DNA of 39,500 nucleotides from the sequence record PP766721.1. One strand, 5' to 3'. Of this stretch, positions 7,417-17,144 are shown piece by piece (the first letter of the stretch is position 1; each line of letters opens with the position of its first letter). Source of the stretch: Escherichia phage Baskent_phicoli_1. Both the position numbers and the translations under genes were made by a program. The notes under the pieces are model-generated. The model did not search any database. It worked only from the letters and a program-made list of their open reading frames with translations, and was not told the DNA's origin.

Positions 7417-9774
7417 ATGCCACTAATTACTCAATCAATCAAGAACCTTAAAGGTGGCATTAGCCAGCAGCCTGATATACTGAGGTTCTCAGACCAAGGC
7501 GAGGCACAGGTTAACTGCTGGTCATCCGAGAGTGATGGCCTCCAGAAGCGCCCACCTACAGTCTTCAAGAGACGTATTAACATCGACGTTGGGAGTAACC
7601 CTAAGTTCCACCTGATTAACCGTGACGAGCATGAGCAGTATTACATCGTGTTCAATGGGTCAAACATTCAGGTAGTTGACTTGAGTGGTAATCAATACCC
7701 AGTGTCAGGTGCGGTAGACTACGTTAAGTCCTCCAACCCACGAGATGACATCCGTGTCGTTACCGTGGCAGACTATACGTTCGTAGTTAACCGTAAGGTT
7801 GTCGTCAAAGGTGGAAGCGAGAAGTCACACTCTGGCTATAACCGCAAAGCACGAGCTTTAATTAATCTTCGTGGTGGACAGTATGGTCGAACCCTTAAGG
7901 TTGGAATCAACGGAGGAGTAAAGGTCTCGCATCAGCTACCAGCAGGTAATGACGCCGAGAATGACCCACTTATGGTGGACGCTCAGGCCATCGGTGCAGC
8001 TCTGAGAGACTATCTTGTTGTTGCGTACCCTACCTTCACGTTCGACCTTGGGTCTGGCTTCCTGTTAATCACTGCCCCTGAAGGGACTGACATTAACTCA
8101 GTGGAGACGGAGGATGGCTACGCTAACCAGCTAATAAGCCCAGTCCTAGACACTGTGCAGACAATCTCTAAACTGCCTCTTGCAGCTCCTAATGGGTATA
8201 TCATTAAGATTCAAGGTGATACAAACAGTAGCGCCGATGAATATTACGTGATGTATGACTCCAACACTAAGACGTGGAAGGAGACAGTGGAGCCGGGAGT
8301 TGTCACTGGGTTCGATGTCACCACAATGCCACATGCTCTGGTCAGACAGTCTGATGGCTCCTTTGAGTTCAAGACTCTGGATTGGTCCAAGCGTGGTGCT
8401 GGCAACGATGACACAAACCCTATGCCTAGCTTCGTGGATGCTGCGATTAATGATGTGTTCTTCTACAGGAACAGACTTGGGTTCTTGTCGGGTGAGAACG
8501 TAATCATGAGCCGTTCAGCCAGCTACTTTGCGTTCTTCCCTAAGAGTGTGGCGACACTGAGTGATGATGACCCTATTGATGTAGCTGTAAGTCACCCTCG
8601 AATCTCAATCCTTAAGTATGCCGTTCCGTTTAGCGAGCAGCTACTACTTTGGTCGGATGAGGTTCAGTTCGTGATGACAAGCTCTGGGGTACTTACCTCG
8701 AAGTCTATCCAGCTTGATGTAGGCTCAGAGTTTGCCCTAGGGGACAATGCCAGACCGTTCGCTGTAGGACGCTCAGTCTTCTTCTCAGCGCCTCGTGGGT
8801 CATTCACCAGCATTAAGCGATACTTTGCTGTAGCTGATGTGTCTGATGTGAAGGATGCCGATGATACAACTGGTCACGTACTGTCCTACATCCCTAACGG
8901 GGTGTTTGATATTCAAGGTACAGGTACTGAGAACTACATCTGCGTCAACTCTACAGGTGCATACAACCGAATCTACATCTACAAGTTCTTGTTTAAGGAT
9001 GGCGTACAGCTTCAAGCCTCTTGGTCACACTGGGAGTTCCCTAAAGATGATAAGATTCTGGCGTCTGCTTCTATTGGCTCTACCATGTTCATCGTTCGTC
9101 AGCACCAAGGAGGGGTAGACATTGAGCACCTTAAGTTCATCAAGGAGGCAACTGACTTCCCGTCAGAGCCTTATAGACTACACATTGACTCCAAGGTGTC
9201 TATGGTAATTCCAATTGGCTCATATAATGCAGACACATATAAGACTACGGTTGACATTGGTGCTGCTTATGGTGGCAACGCTCCGTCTCCCGGTCGGTAC
9301 TATCTGATTGACAGTCGGGGTGCTTATGTGGACCTTGGGGACTTGACCAGTATCTCTACTGTGGTTAGCCTCAACGGCGATTGGTCAGGACGCACAGTGT
9401 TCATCGGACGGTCCTATCTGATGTCCTACAAGTTCTCACGGTTCCTGATTAAGATTGAAGATGATAGTGGCACTCAGTCTGAAGACACTGGTCGTCTACA
9501 ACTTCGTCGGGCTTGGGTCAACTACAAAGACACTGGCGCTCTGAGACTCATTGTCAGAAACGGTGAGCGGGAGTTCGTAAATACCTTCAACGGGTACACC
9601 CTTGGGCAGCAAACCATCGGGACTACAAACATTGGTGACGGGCAGTATCGCTTCGCTATGAATGGTAACGCATTAACCACGAGTCTAACCTTAGAGTCCG
9701 ACTATCCTACCCCAGTGTCAATCGTTGGGTGTGGCTGGGAGGCGTCATACGCTAAGAAAGCTCGTTCCGTCTAA
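7417..9774 (+). CDS. gp12: Tail tubular protein B, gene 12
   Basis: 785 aa; size and position as T7 gp12 (794 aa). Confidence 0.93.
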   Translation: MPLITQSIKNLKGGISQQPDILRFSDQGEAQVNCWSSESDGLQKRPPTVFKRRINIDVGSNPKFHLINRDEHEQYYIVFNGSNIQVVDLSGNQYPVSGAVDYVKSSNPRDDIRVVTVADYTFVVNRKVVVKGGSEKSHSGYNRKARALINLRGGQYGRTLKVGINGGVKVSHQLPAGNDAENDPLMVDAQAIGAALRDYLVVAYPTFTFDLGSGFLLITAPEGTDINSVETEDGYANQLISPVLDTVQTISKLPLAAPNGYIIKIQGDTNSSADEYYVMYDSNTKTWKETVEPGVVTGFDVTTMPHALVRQSDGSFEFKTLDWSKRGAGNDDTNPMPSFVDAAINDVFFYRNRLGFLSGENVIMSRSASYFAFFPKSVATLSDDDPIDVAVSHPRISILKYAVPFSEQLLLWSDEVQFVMTSSGVLTSKSIQLDVGSEFALGDNARPFAVGRSVFFSAPRGSFTSIKRYFAVADVSDVKDADDTTGHVLSYIPNGVFDIQGTGTENYICVNSTGAYNRIYIYKFLFKDGVQLQASWSHWEFPKDDKILASASIGSTMFIVRQHQGGVDIEHLKFIKEATDFPSEPYRLHIDSKVSMVIPIGSYNADTYKTTVDIGAAYGGNAPSPGRYYLIDSRGAYVDLGDLTSISTVVSLNGDWSGRTVFIGRSYLMSYKFSRFLIKIEDDSGTQSEDTGRLQLRRAWVNYKDTGALRLIVRNGEREFVNTFNGYTLGQQTIGTTNIGDGQYRFAMNGNALTTSLTLESDYPTPVSIVGCGWEASYAKKARSV

Positions 9775-9782
9775 CTTATTGA

Positions 9783-9831
9783 AGGGCCTATAGATTTACC
9801 TTAACTATCACTATAGGGGACTATAGGCCCT
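9783..9831 (+). repeat. 11-bp perfect inverted repeat (AGGGCCTATAG / CTATAGGCCCT) enclosing promoter phi13
   Basis: Arms at 9783-9793 and 9821-9831 read directly; promoter core in the 27-nt loop. Confidence 0.8.
9799..9821 (+). promoter_or_regulatory. Phage RNAP promoter (phi13-like), +1 G about 9816
   Basis: TTAACTATCACTATAGGGGA. Confidence 0.75.
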
Positions 9832-9851
9832 TAAGGTTATAAGGAGACTTT

Positions 9852-10322
9852 ATGTATATTCGCAAGGCTACGGAACCAGATGTCCACCACTTTCTGTGGC
9901 ATCTTTCAGCAGATGATGTTAATGAGTGCAAAGCAAACTATGGGTCAACCGTTGGTCTCTCTGAAAGACTGCTTAAGCACCTATCTCCGTCATCTGTGGT
10001 TTTAACGAACGGTGTAGGAGAAGTGTTTGCCTATGGCGGAAACCAAGGGGATAACGTGTGGTTCTTGACTTCCGGTCAGGTCTACAAGCTGAGACCTAAA
10101 GAGAAGAGAGAGTTCATAAAGCGTATCTCTGAGTACAGGGACTTAATGTTAGACCAATACGGGACCATCTGGAACTACGTGTGGTCAGGCAATAAGTCTC
10201 ACATTAAATTCTTGAAGTTGCTTGGAGCTAAATTCCATGATGATTGGACTGTAAGCCCAGTAACTGGTGAGCGTTTTCAACTATTCACTATCTCTAAGGA
10301 GGACGTATGTGCGAGCCAGTAA
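9852..10322 (+). CDS. gp13: Internal virion protein, gene 13
   Basis: 156 aa at the T7 gene 13 position, overlapping gene 14 start. Confidence 0.8.
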   Translation: MYIRKATEPDVHHFLWHLSADDVNECKANYGSTVGLSERLLKHLSPSSVVLTNGVGEVFAYGGNQGDNVWFLTSGQVYKLRPKEKREFIKRISEYRDLMLDQYGTIWNYVWSGNKSHIKFLKLLGAKFHDDWTVSPVTGERFQLFTISKEDVCASQ

Positions 10323-10894
10323 GTATCGGCATGGGTATTATGGCTGTAGCTGGTGCCACTATGTCCGCATCCCAGCAGGCCAAGGCCGAGGGTGCTGCTA
10401 TCGACGCTCAGAACCGACAGGCTCAGGAAATGGTTAAGCAGATGAACTACTCTGACGCCAACCTGAAGATGCAGGAGCGAGACCTGAAGGAGCAGCAGAT
10501 GGCTGAACTGACAGAGACCACGTTAAACGGTATCCGCAATCAGGGTATGGTCCGAGCTGCGGTAGCTGAGTCCGGTCTGGAAGGTAACTCTATGGACAGG
10601 ATTGAACGTCAGGTCGAGGGAGACACAGTCAAGGAGAGGGCCGGGATTACCGAAAGTTACAACCGTGACTATGCGGCTATCTTCGGGAACCGTATCGCCA
10701 ACATTGAGAACACCAAGTCTGCTATCCGTGGTCAAGGTAAAATCATCAAGACCAGCCCACTAGCTCACGCACTTAATGTTGCAAGCGCCGGGATGCAAGG
10801 GTACGCTGCTGGTAAGTCAATCTCTGGGGCATCAAGCTCTGGTGGTTCTGCACCGATTAGTGCTGCTAAAGGCACACCTACAGGTCATAGCTAA
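10307..10894 (+). CDS. gp14: Internal virion (core) protein, gene 14
   Basis: 195 aa; MC... N-terminus, EGxSMDRI, YxRDYxAIF and C-terminal AAKGTxTG as in T7 gp14 (196 aa). Confidence 0.9.
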   Translation: MCEPVSIGMGIMAVAGATMSASQQAKAEGAAIDAQNRQAQEMVKQMNYSDANLKMQERDLKEQQMAELTETTLNGIRNQGMVRAAVAESGLEGNSMDRIERQVEGDTVKERAGITESYNRDYAAIFGNRIANIENTKSAIRGQGKIIKTSPLAHALNVASAGMQGYAAGKSISGASSSGGSAPISAAKGTPTGHS

Positions 10895-10905
10895 GAGGAG
10901 GACTA

Positions 10906-13188
10906 ATGGCTAGTAATATTGAATCAGCTCTGGCTAATCGGACTATGGGTCGTGGCAGAGCGCCTGGTAAAACTATCGCCGTAAACTATCAAGCAGCCAG
11001 CGTTCAGGCTCCGACTGGTGACTCCGGTCTGGCCCGTGCGTTAACCAACTTCGTTGAGTCTGGGACTGGATTGTACAAGCAGTTCAAAGACGATGAGAAG
11101 ACCAGAGCTGACGAGCGGTCTAACGAGATTATCCGTAAGCTGACACCTCAGCAAAGACGTGAGGCTATCCAGAACGGCACACTGCTGTATCAGGACGACC
11201 CTTACGCTATGGAAGCACTTCGAGTCAAGACTGGACGTAACGCTGCCTTTGCGGTGGATGACGAGATTAACGTTAAGATTCAGAACGGTGAGTTCCGTAC
11301 ACGTCAGGAAATGGAAGAATATCGCCACCAGCGACTTCAGGATGCAGCTACGTCCTATGCTGAAGAGGCGGGTATTAACCCTACCGACGAGTTCTTCCAG
11401 CGTGGATTCAACGATAACATCACGGACCGAAACATCGCTATCTATGGGTCTTTCAATAAGTATTTCAGCAAGCAGTCTGAAGAGACAGCAATGTTGAACA
11501 CTCGTATTGAGATGAACTCGTTCCTTAACGATGGGGACCTGATGCGTTCGCCTGAGTCTGGAAAGACCTTCATGGCCTACCTTCGTGATGGACTGACGAC
11601 TGCTGCTATCCCTTCGGACCAGCGAGCACGAGAGGTCATTACCCAGACGGTCCGTGACGCAATCCAGAAGTCTGGTGGCTCAAACTTCCTACAGCAAGTA
11701 CGAGGCGAGCGAATCACCCTTAACGGTGTGGACGCTACAGTCGAGGAGATTGTAGGACCTGATGTCTTCAACGCTGCTATTGTTGAGGCACAAGGAACCG
11801 AGTACAAGCTGGTGGCTAAGTATCAGGAGGACTTAGCGTTAGGCGTTCAGTCTGCGATTCTTCAGGACGACCCAACCATCGGTCTTGCCCAGATTCAGAA
11901 ACTCAAGGAGCAGAACAACCTGCTTCAGCCGGGTGAAGAACTCACGCCTCAGCGTCAGATGCTTATTAATGCCGAAGCCAGCTTACTGGAAGCGGTCAAA
12001 CGTAAGTCTGCTGAACAGGCGAAGGAGAACACTAAGTTAATCCAGACCCAGAACAAGCAGCTAGTCATAGACCAAGTGTATCAGCGACGTCTGGCTGGTG
12101 ACAATGTATCCACCAACTATGAGGACCTTCCGGTCTCAGATGCTACAGGTGAGTTCAAGCGTTCGGACATGAACAACTATGCGTCTGCCAAGCTACAGCA
12201 GATTGACCAGATGGACATCCCTGAGGCTGCTAAAGACGCGCATAAGGTGGCATTGTTAAGGGCTGACACTAACAATGGTCCGTTCCGTAATGCCTTCCAG
12301 ACGCTGACTCAGGACGCTGCTGGTGAGTGGCAAGCTGCGGTCATCCGTGGGCAGTACGACCCAGACAAGATGCAACGCTTCGAATCCCTTCGTCGTGCCT
12401 ACACTCAGGACCCTTCAAGTTTTGCTGCCCTGTATCCTGACCAAGCTCAGTTGTTCTCTACGTTCGACCAGATGGACAAGATAGGTCTGGACCCTCAGAC
12501 GATGATTGAGGCTGATAAGCAAGCTGCAAGTCAAAGCCGTGAGATGCGCATGGAGTCAGACAAGGCGTGGCAGGAGTTGAAGAACGACTCCAAGAACGCC
12601 CAGTTGTCTCGCCTCCCAACGTCTCTGGACTCAAGTGCTCGTAAGGTCTGGGACTCATGGTACTATCGTACAGGTAACGCTGACGCCGCAACTCAGCAGA
12701 CTCAACGCTGGCTGAATGAGAACACCGTAACGTTCCAGTCTGAAGGTTCTGACGGTAAGTCCATCGGCATGGTGTCAAAACACCAGCTTATGGTCGGGGA
12801 TAACCCAGAGTCGTGGCAGGTTGGCCGAGACATTATCGACACAGCTCGTAAGCAGCTCATTAAAGCCAACCCTTGGGTAGTGAACTCTCAGTTGTCCGTT
12901 GTTGAACAGAATGGCTCTATCTTCCTCCAAGACGCTACAGGTACTATTCGTATTCGCTACGATAAGGAACTTGTAGGTAAACTCTACCGCGAACAACAGC
13001 AGAAGGCACAAGATGCCGCATACGCTCAGGCAGAACGTGACGCTAACAAGCGAGCGCGTATCGTCGGGACTAAAGCTGCTGGTGATAAACGTCGAGCTGA
13101 CCGAGAGGCCAACATCGAGAAGCGCGGAGGGATGTACAATGACGTCTCACTGGAGGGTATCGCAAACGCACTAATCGGTAAGGAGTAA
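10906..13188 (+). CDS. gp15: Internal virion (core) protein, gene 15
   Basis: 760 aa; position and size as T7 gp15 (747 aa). Confidence 0.9.
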   Translation: MASNIESALANRTMGRGRAPGKTIAVNYQAASVQAPTGDSGLARALTNFVESGTGLYKQFKDDEKTRADERSNEIIRKLTPQQRREAIQNGTLLYQDDPYAMEALRVKTGRNAAFAVDDEINVKIQNGEFRTRQEMEEYRHQRLQDAATSYAEEAGINPTDEFFQRGFNDNITDRNIAIYGSFNKYFSKQSEETAMLNTRIEMNSFLNDGDLMRSPESGKTFMAYLRDGLTTAAIPSDQRAREVITQTVRDAIQKSGGSNFLQQVRGERITLNGVDATVEEIVGPDVFNAAIVEAQGTEYKLVAKYQEDLALGVQSAILQDDPTIGLAQIQKLKEQNNLLQPGEELTPQRQMLINAEASLLEAVKRKSAEQAKENTKLIQTQNKQLVIDQVYQRRLAGDNVSTNYEDLPVSDATGEFKRSDMNNYASAKLQQIDQMDIPEAAKDAHKVALLRADTNNGPFRNAFQTLTQDAAGEWQAAVIRGQYDPDKMQRFESLRRAYTQDPSSFAALYPDQAQLFSTFDQMDKIGLDPQTMIEADKQAASQSREMRMESDKAWQELKNDSKNAQLSRLPTSLDSSARKVWDSWYYRTGNADAATQQTQRWLNENTVTFQSEGSDGKSIGMVSKHQLMVGDNPESWQVGRDIIDTARKQLIKANPWVVNSQLSVVEQNGSIFLQDATGTIRIRYDKELVGKLYREQQQKAQDAAYAQAERDANKRARIVGTKAAGDKRRADREANIEKRGGMYNDVSLEGIANALIGKE

Positions 13189-13192
13189 CATA

Positions 13193-16100
13193 ATGGCGAC
13201 TCGTGGTATTCGCAATAACAATCCGGGTAACATCCGGGTAAGTAAGGACCAATGGGAAGGAATGACTGGAGATGATGGAGCATTCGTCACCTTCGATAGT
13301 CCAGAGTCTGGCGTCCGAGCTTTAGGTAAAAACCTGCTGTCCTACGGTCGCCAAGGTTATGACTCCATCGAGAAGATTATCAACCGATGGGCTCCTCCTA
13401 ATGAGAATGACACTCAGGCTTATATTGACTCAGTGGTGGCTGCGACTGGTATCCCAGCTACCCAGAGTCTCGACCTCTCTAACCCGGACACCCTGTCTGC
13501 TCTGGCGCAAGCTATCAGCTTCCATGAGACAGGCTCCCGGTACAACCCTGAAGTCTACCAGCAGGGGGTCGCAAGAGCACTCAACGGTATCAGCCCAAAG
13601 ACTCCACCAGTAAGCGCTAACGTATTTGACGCACTCACGGAAGGACTCAAGGCTAAACCTAAAGTAGCTCTGGGTGAGAACCTTCCGACCGCTGCTGGTC
13701 TGAACATTGAGGGTCAAGCACCTGAAGCTCCAAACGAATCGTTCGGTGAGATGTTCTATAAAGCTACTGGAGAGACCATGCAGGAACGAGAGAACCGCTC
13801 TACGTGGTTCGGTTTCGGGGCGGCTACAGAAGCTGAAGTGAAGAACTCTATGGTCGGCGTGGCTATCCGAGCTGGTCAGACTGAGGACTCACTGGATGTC
13901 ATTGGCGATGTGTTCAACCCAACCAGATGGAACAACCATAAGTGGTCTCGTGAAGAGCTGGACCAGATTCGTAACGCTGGGGTTCTGCCTCAGTATTACG
14001 GAGTCATTACTGGTGGTTCTCCTCAGAACCTGACCGAGCTTATTAACTTGGCGCTTGAGAACCAGAAGTTGGACCAAGAGAAGGCCAAGGCTGGGACTGG
14101 TGCTCAGTTGGCTGCTGGTGTGATTGGCGCTGGTGTGGACCCTCTGACCTACGTTCCCATTGCTGGACAGGTTGGTAAGGGCGGTAAGCTGGTCAATAAG
14201 ATGTTCACCGTGGCTGCTCAATCTGGAGCACTAGCTGGTGTGTCTGAGATGGCCCGTACCTCAGTGGCTGGTGGTGATGCTCATGTGGCTGAAGCTATCC
14301 TTGGTGGTGCTCTCTTCGGTGGTGGTATGACTGCTATCGCTGATGGACTAGGCAGAGCCTTAGGCCGAAACACTAATGAGTTTGCTGGTCCAGCTACACG
14401 TCTGGAAGCTCGTGAGACTGCTCGTAACGTTGATGGTCAGGACCTATCTCGTCTACCTATTCAGGAAGGTGAGCAGACCTTTATTCATCAAGGTGTTAAG
14501 TTCGCAGACGTTCCGAACGAGCCGGGTAGTGTACGACTGGAAGATGGTTCAATCCTGATTGGTGAGAACCCTCTGAACCCTAAGACACGTCAAGTCTTTG
14601 ACGAAGTGATTGAGCCGGAACGTGCCGCTGCTGGTGTGAACCTTGGTGGACTTACCGAGATTGGCCTGAAGCTGCTTCGGTCTGAGAACCCTGAGATTCG
14701 TGGAGTAGCTGCTGACTTAGTACGTTCACCGACTGGTATGCAGTCTGGGGCCTCAGGTAAAATAGGGACAACTGCGTCAGACGTGTTCGAGAGACTTCGT
14801 GCTGTTGACCATCGGTTCTACAACGACATCGACGATGCGGTTACTGAGGCACTAAAGGACCCGTACTTCCAGACAGCATTCTGGCGAGACTCTGGCGCAT
14901 TCCGTCAGGACATCTACCAGCGTGTGTCTATGGCTATCGAAGATGGTAGCGGAAACCTGAAGGCTGAACTGACTCCGGGAGAGCTGAAAGTCTATGACCT
15001 ACTGAAGAACCAGTTTGACGCCAAGCGTGAGATGATGGAGAATCCAGCTATGTTTGGTCGTCCAGACGCTAAGTCTATCTTTCCGGGTAGCCGCTTCAAG
15101 GGAACCTACGTCCCTCATGTGTACAGCAAACAGATGAAGGAGCTGTACATCAAGGAGCTTGGGAGTACAGAGGCGTTACAGGAGGCAATCAAGAAGTCAT
15201 GGCTTACCAGCTATGCGTCTCGACCTGAAGTCAAGAAACGCGTGGACGAGGCACTCTTAGAGGCCGACCCTACGTTGACTCCAGAAGGACTTGCGGCTGC
15301 GGTCGATAAGTACGCCAACGATAAGGCTTACGGTATCTCTCACACTGAGCAGTTCGAGCGTTCATCCGTAATGGAAGAGAATATCAACGGTCTGGTAGGT
15401 CTGGAGAACAACAGCTTCCTTGAGGCGCGCAACCTGTTCGATAGCGATATGTCAATCGTCCTGCCTAACGGTCAGACCTTCAGTGTCAATAACCTACGTG
15501 AGTGGGACATGGACAAGATTGTCCCGGCCTACAATCGTCGAGTTAACGGCGACATTGCTATCATGGCTGGTACAGGCAAAACCACGAAGGACATGAAGGA
15601 CTTGGTTGAGACCATGATGAACAAGGCTGGGGATGACGGTAAGTTGAAAGGTGAAGTATCTACCTTACGTGACACCTTGAAGATTCTAACTGGTCGTGCT
15701 CGACGTGATGGTGCTGATGATGCAGCCTTCGCTACCGTGATGCGCACAATGACAGACCTATCGTTCTTCGCTAAGAATGCCTACATGGGTGTTCAGAACT
15801 TAACGGAGATTGGTGGTATGCTGGCTCGTGGCAACGTTCGTGCGCTGCTGCATGGAGTCCCGATTTTCCGTGACCTAGCCTTCCGTAACAAGAAGGTAGG
15901 GGCCTCAGAGATTAAGGACCTGCATAGTGTTCTCTTCGGTAAAGAATTGGATGACTCAATCCGCCCGTCTAAACAGGATGTCATTGACCGTCTGCGATCT
16001 TACAGTGACCTCGGGCGTGGTACAGCTACAGCTCTGGGGACTGCCAAGTATTACACTGGTGAACTTGCAGTACGCTCTCCGTTCACTAAAGTCCTAAACG

Positions 16101-17080
16101 GTACGACCAACTACCTGTTAGATGCTGGACGTCAAGGCTTTCTGTCTGACATCGTGGAGCATAGCCTGACTGGTAGTAAGCGTAAGTTCGATGACCGCTG
16201 GCTGAAGACAGCTGGTATCTCTGACGAGCAGTGGAAGGGCATTAAGTCCCTAATCCGTGAGTCAGTGACTCGTGGTCCAGACGGGAAGTACACCATCAAG
16301 GATAAGAAGGCGTTCAGTCAGGACCCAAGGGCTATGGACCTGTGGCGTATGGGAGACACCATCGCTGACGAAACGTTACTCCGTCCTCATAAGCTGTCAA
16401 ACATGGACGCCAAGGCTTATGGTCCTCTCGCTAAGACTGTCCTTCAGTTTAAGAACTTCGTCATCAAGTCCATCAATGGTCGAACAATGCGAACCTTCTA
16501 TAACGCCACGAAGAACAACCGAGCGATGGATGCTGCTCTGTCCACTGTGATGTCTATGGGCCTTGCTGGTATCTACTACATGGCTCAGGCACACATCAAG
16601 GCTTACGCTATGCAGGATGGTCGAGACCGTGACTATCTCAAGCAAGCTCTGGACCCGACGATGATTGGCTATGCAGCTCTATCGCGTAGTTCACATCTTG
16701 GTGGACCACTTGGGGTAGCTAACATTCTTGGGGGTATCGCTGGGTACGAGGACACTAAGATGCTCCGTTCGTCTATCCTACCTCGTTCGCCTACAGAGAA
16801 GCCTGAACGTGCCATCGCGTATGGTGCATCTACAAGTGACCCTGTGATGAATGTTGTTGGTAACTTCTTGGAGCAGGTTCCAGCTTTCGGATATGCTGCT
16901 AACGTTGGCGCTTCGGCTTACAACTTGGCTGGCTACCTCAAGGCCGATACTCGTGTCAACGAGCGTGACTACATGACAGGGATGTATAATACGTTCCGTG
17001 AACTGGTTCCGAACGACCCCATTACCCAGAGGCTGTTGCTTGGAACGTTTGAGGAGCAAGGCATCCACATCAAGGACTAA
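13193..17080 (+). CDS. gp16: Internal virion (core) protein, gene 16
   Basis: 1295 aa; long collinear similarity to T7 gp16 from about residue 190 (STWFGF, RWNxHxWxxEELxxIR, VITGGSPxNL, AGxIGAGVDPLxYVP, ARETARN, VRSPTGMQSGASGK, TYVPHVY, SFLEARNLFDSD, NYLLDAxRQG, AMDLWR); N-terminal about 120 aa differ. Confidence 0.95.
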   Translation: MATRGIRNNNPGNIRVSKDQWEGMTGDDGAFVTFDSPESGVRALGKNLLSYGRQGYDSIEKIINRWAPPNENDTQAYIDSVVAATGIPATQSLDLSNPDTLSALAQAISFHETGSRYNPEVYQQGVARALNGISPKTPPVSANVFDALTEGLKAKPKVALGENLPTAAGLNIEGQAPEAPNESFGEMFYKATGETMQERENRSTWFGFGAATEAEVKNSMVGVAIRAGQTEDSLDVIGDVFNPTRWNNHKWSREELDQIRNAGVLPQYYGVITGGSPQNLTELINLALENQKLDQEKAKAGTGAQLAAGVIGAGVDPLTYVPIAGQVGKGGKLVNKMFTVAAQSGALAGVSEMARTSVAGGDAHVAEAILGGALFGGGMTAIADGLGRALGRNTNEFAGPATRLEARETARNVDGQDLSRLPIQEGEQTFIHQGVKFADVPNEPGSVRLEDGSILIGENPLNPKTRQVFDEVIEPERAAAGVNLGGLTEIGLKLLRSENPEIRGVAADLVRSPTGMQSGASGKIGTTASDVFERLRAVDHRFYNDIDDAVTEALKDPYFQTAFWRDSGAFRQDIYQRVSMAIEDGSGNLKAELTPGELKVYDLLKNQFDAKREMMENPAMFGRPDAKSIFPGSRFKGTYVPHVYSKQMKELYIKELGSTEALQEAIKKSWLTSYASRPEVKKRVDEALLEADPTLTPEGLAAAVDKYANDKAYGISHTEQFERSSVMEENINGLVGLENNSFLEARNLFDSDMSIVLPNGQTFSVNNLREWDMDKIVPAYNRRVNGDIAIMAGTGKTTKDMKDLVETMMNKAGDDGKLKGEVSTLRDTLKILTGRARRDGADDAAFATVMRTMTDLSFFAKNAYMGVQNLTEIGGMLARGNVRALLHGVPIFRDLAFRNKKVGASEIKDLHSVLFGKELDDSIRPSKQDVIDRLRSYSDLGRGTATALGTAKYYTGELAVRSPFTKVLNGTTNYLLDAGRQGFLSDIVEHSLTGSKRKFDDRWLKTAGISDEQWKGIKSLIRESVTRGPDGKYTIKDKKAFSQDPRAMDLWRMGDTIADETLLRPHKLSNMDAKAYGPLAKTVLQFKNFVIKSINGRTMRTFYNATKNNRAMDAALSTVMSMGLAGIYYMAQAHIKAYAMQDGRDRDYLKQALDPTMIGYAALSRSSHLGGPLGVANILGGIAGYEDTKMLRSSILPRSPTEKPERAIAYGASTSDPVMNVVGNFLEQVPAFGYAANVGASAYNLAGYLKADTRVNERDYMTGMYNTFRELVPNDPITQRLLLGTFEEQGIHIKD

Positions 17081-17098
17081 ACTATCACTATAGGAAAC
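17076..17098 (+). promoter_or_regulatory. Phage RNAP promoter (phi17-like), +1 G about 17093
   Basis: TAAACTATCACTATAGGAAA overlapping gene 16 stop. Confidence 0.75.
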
Positions 17099-17144
17099 TG
17101 GAGGCGCTACCATAGGTCTCCGTTTAAATCACAAAGGAGGCATA

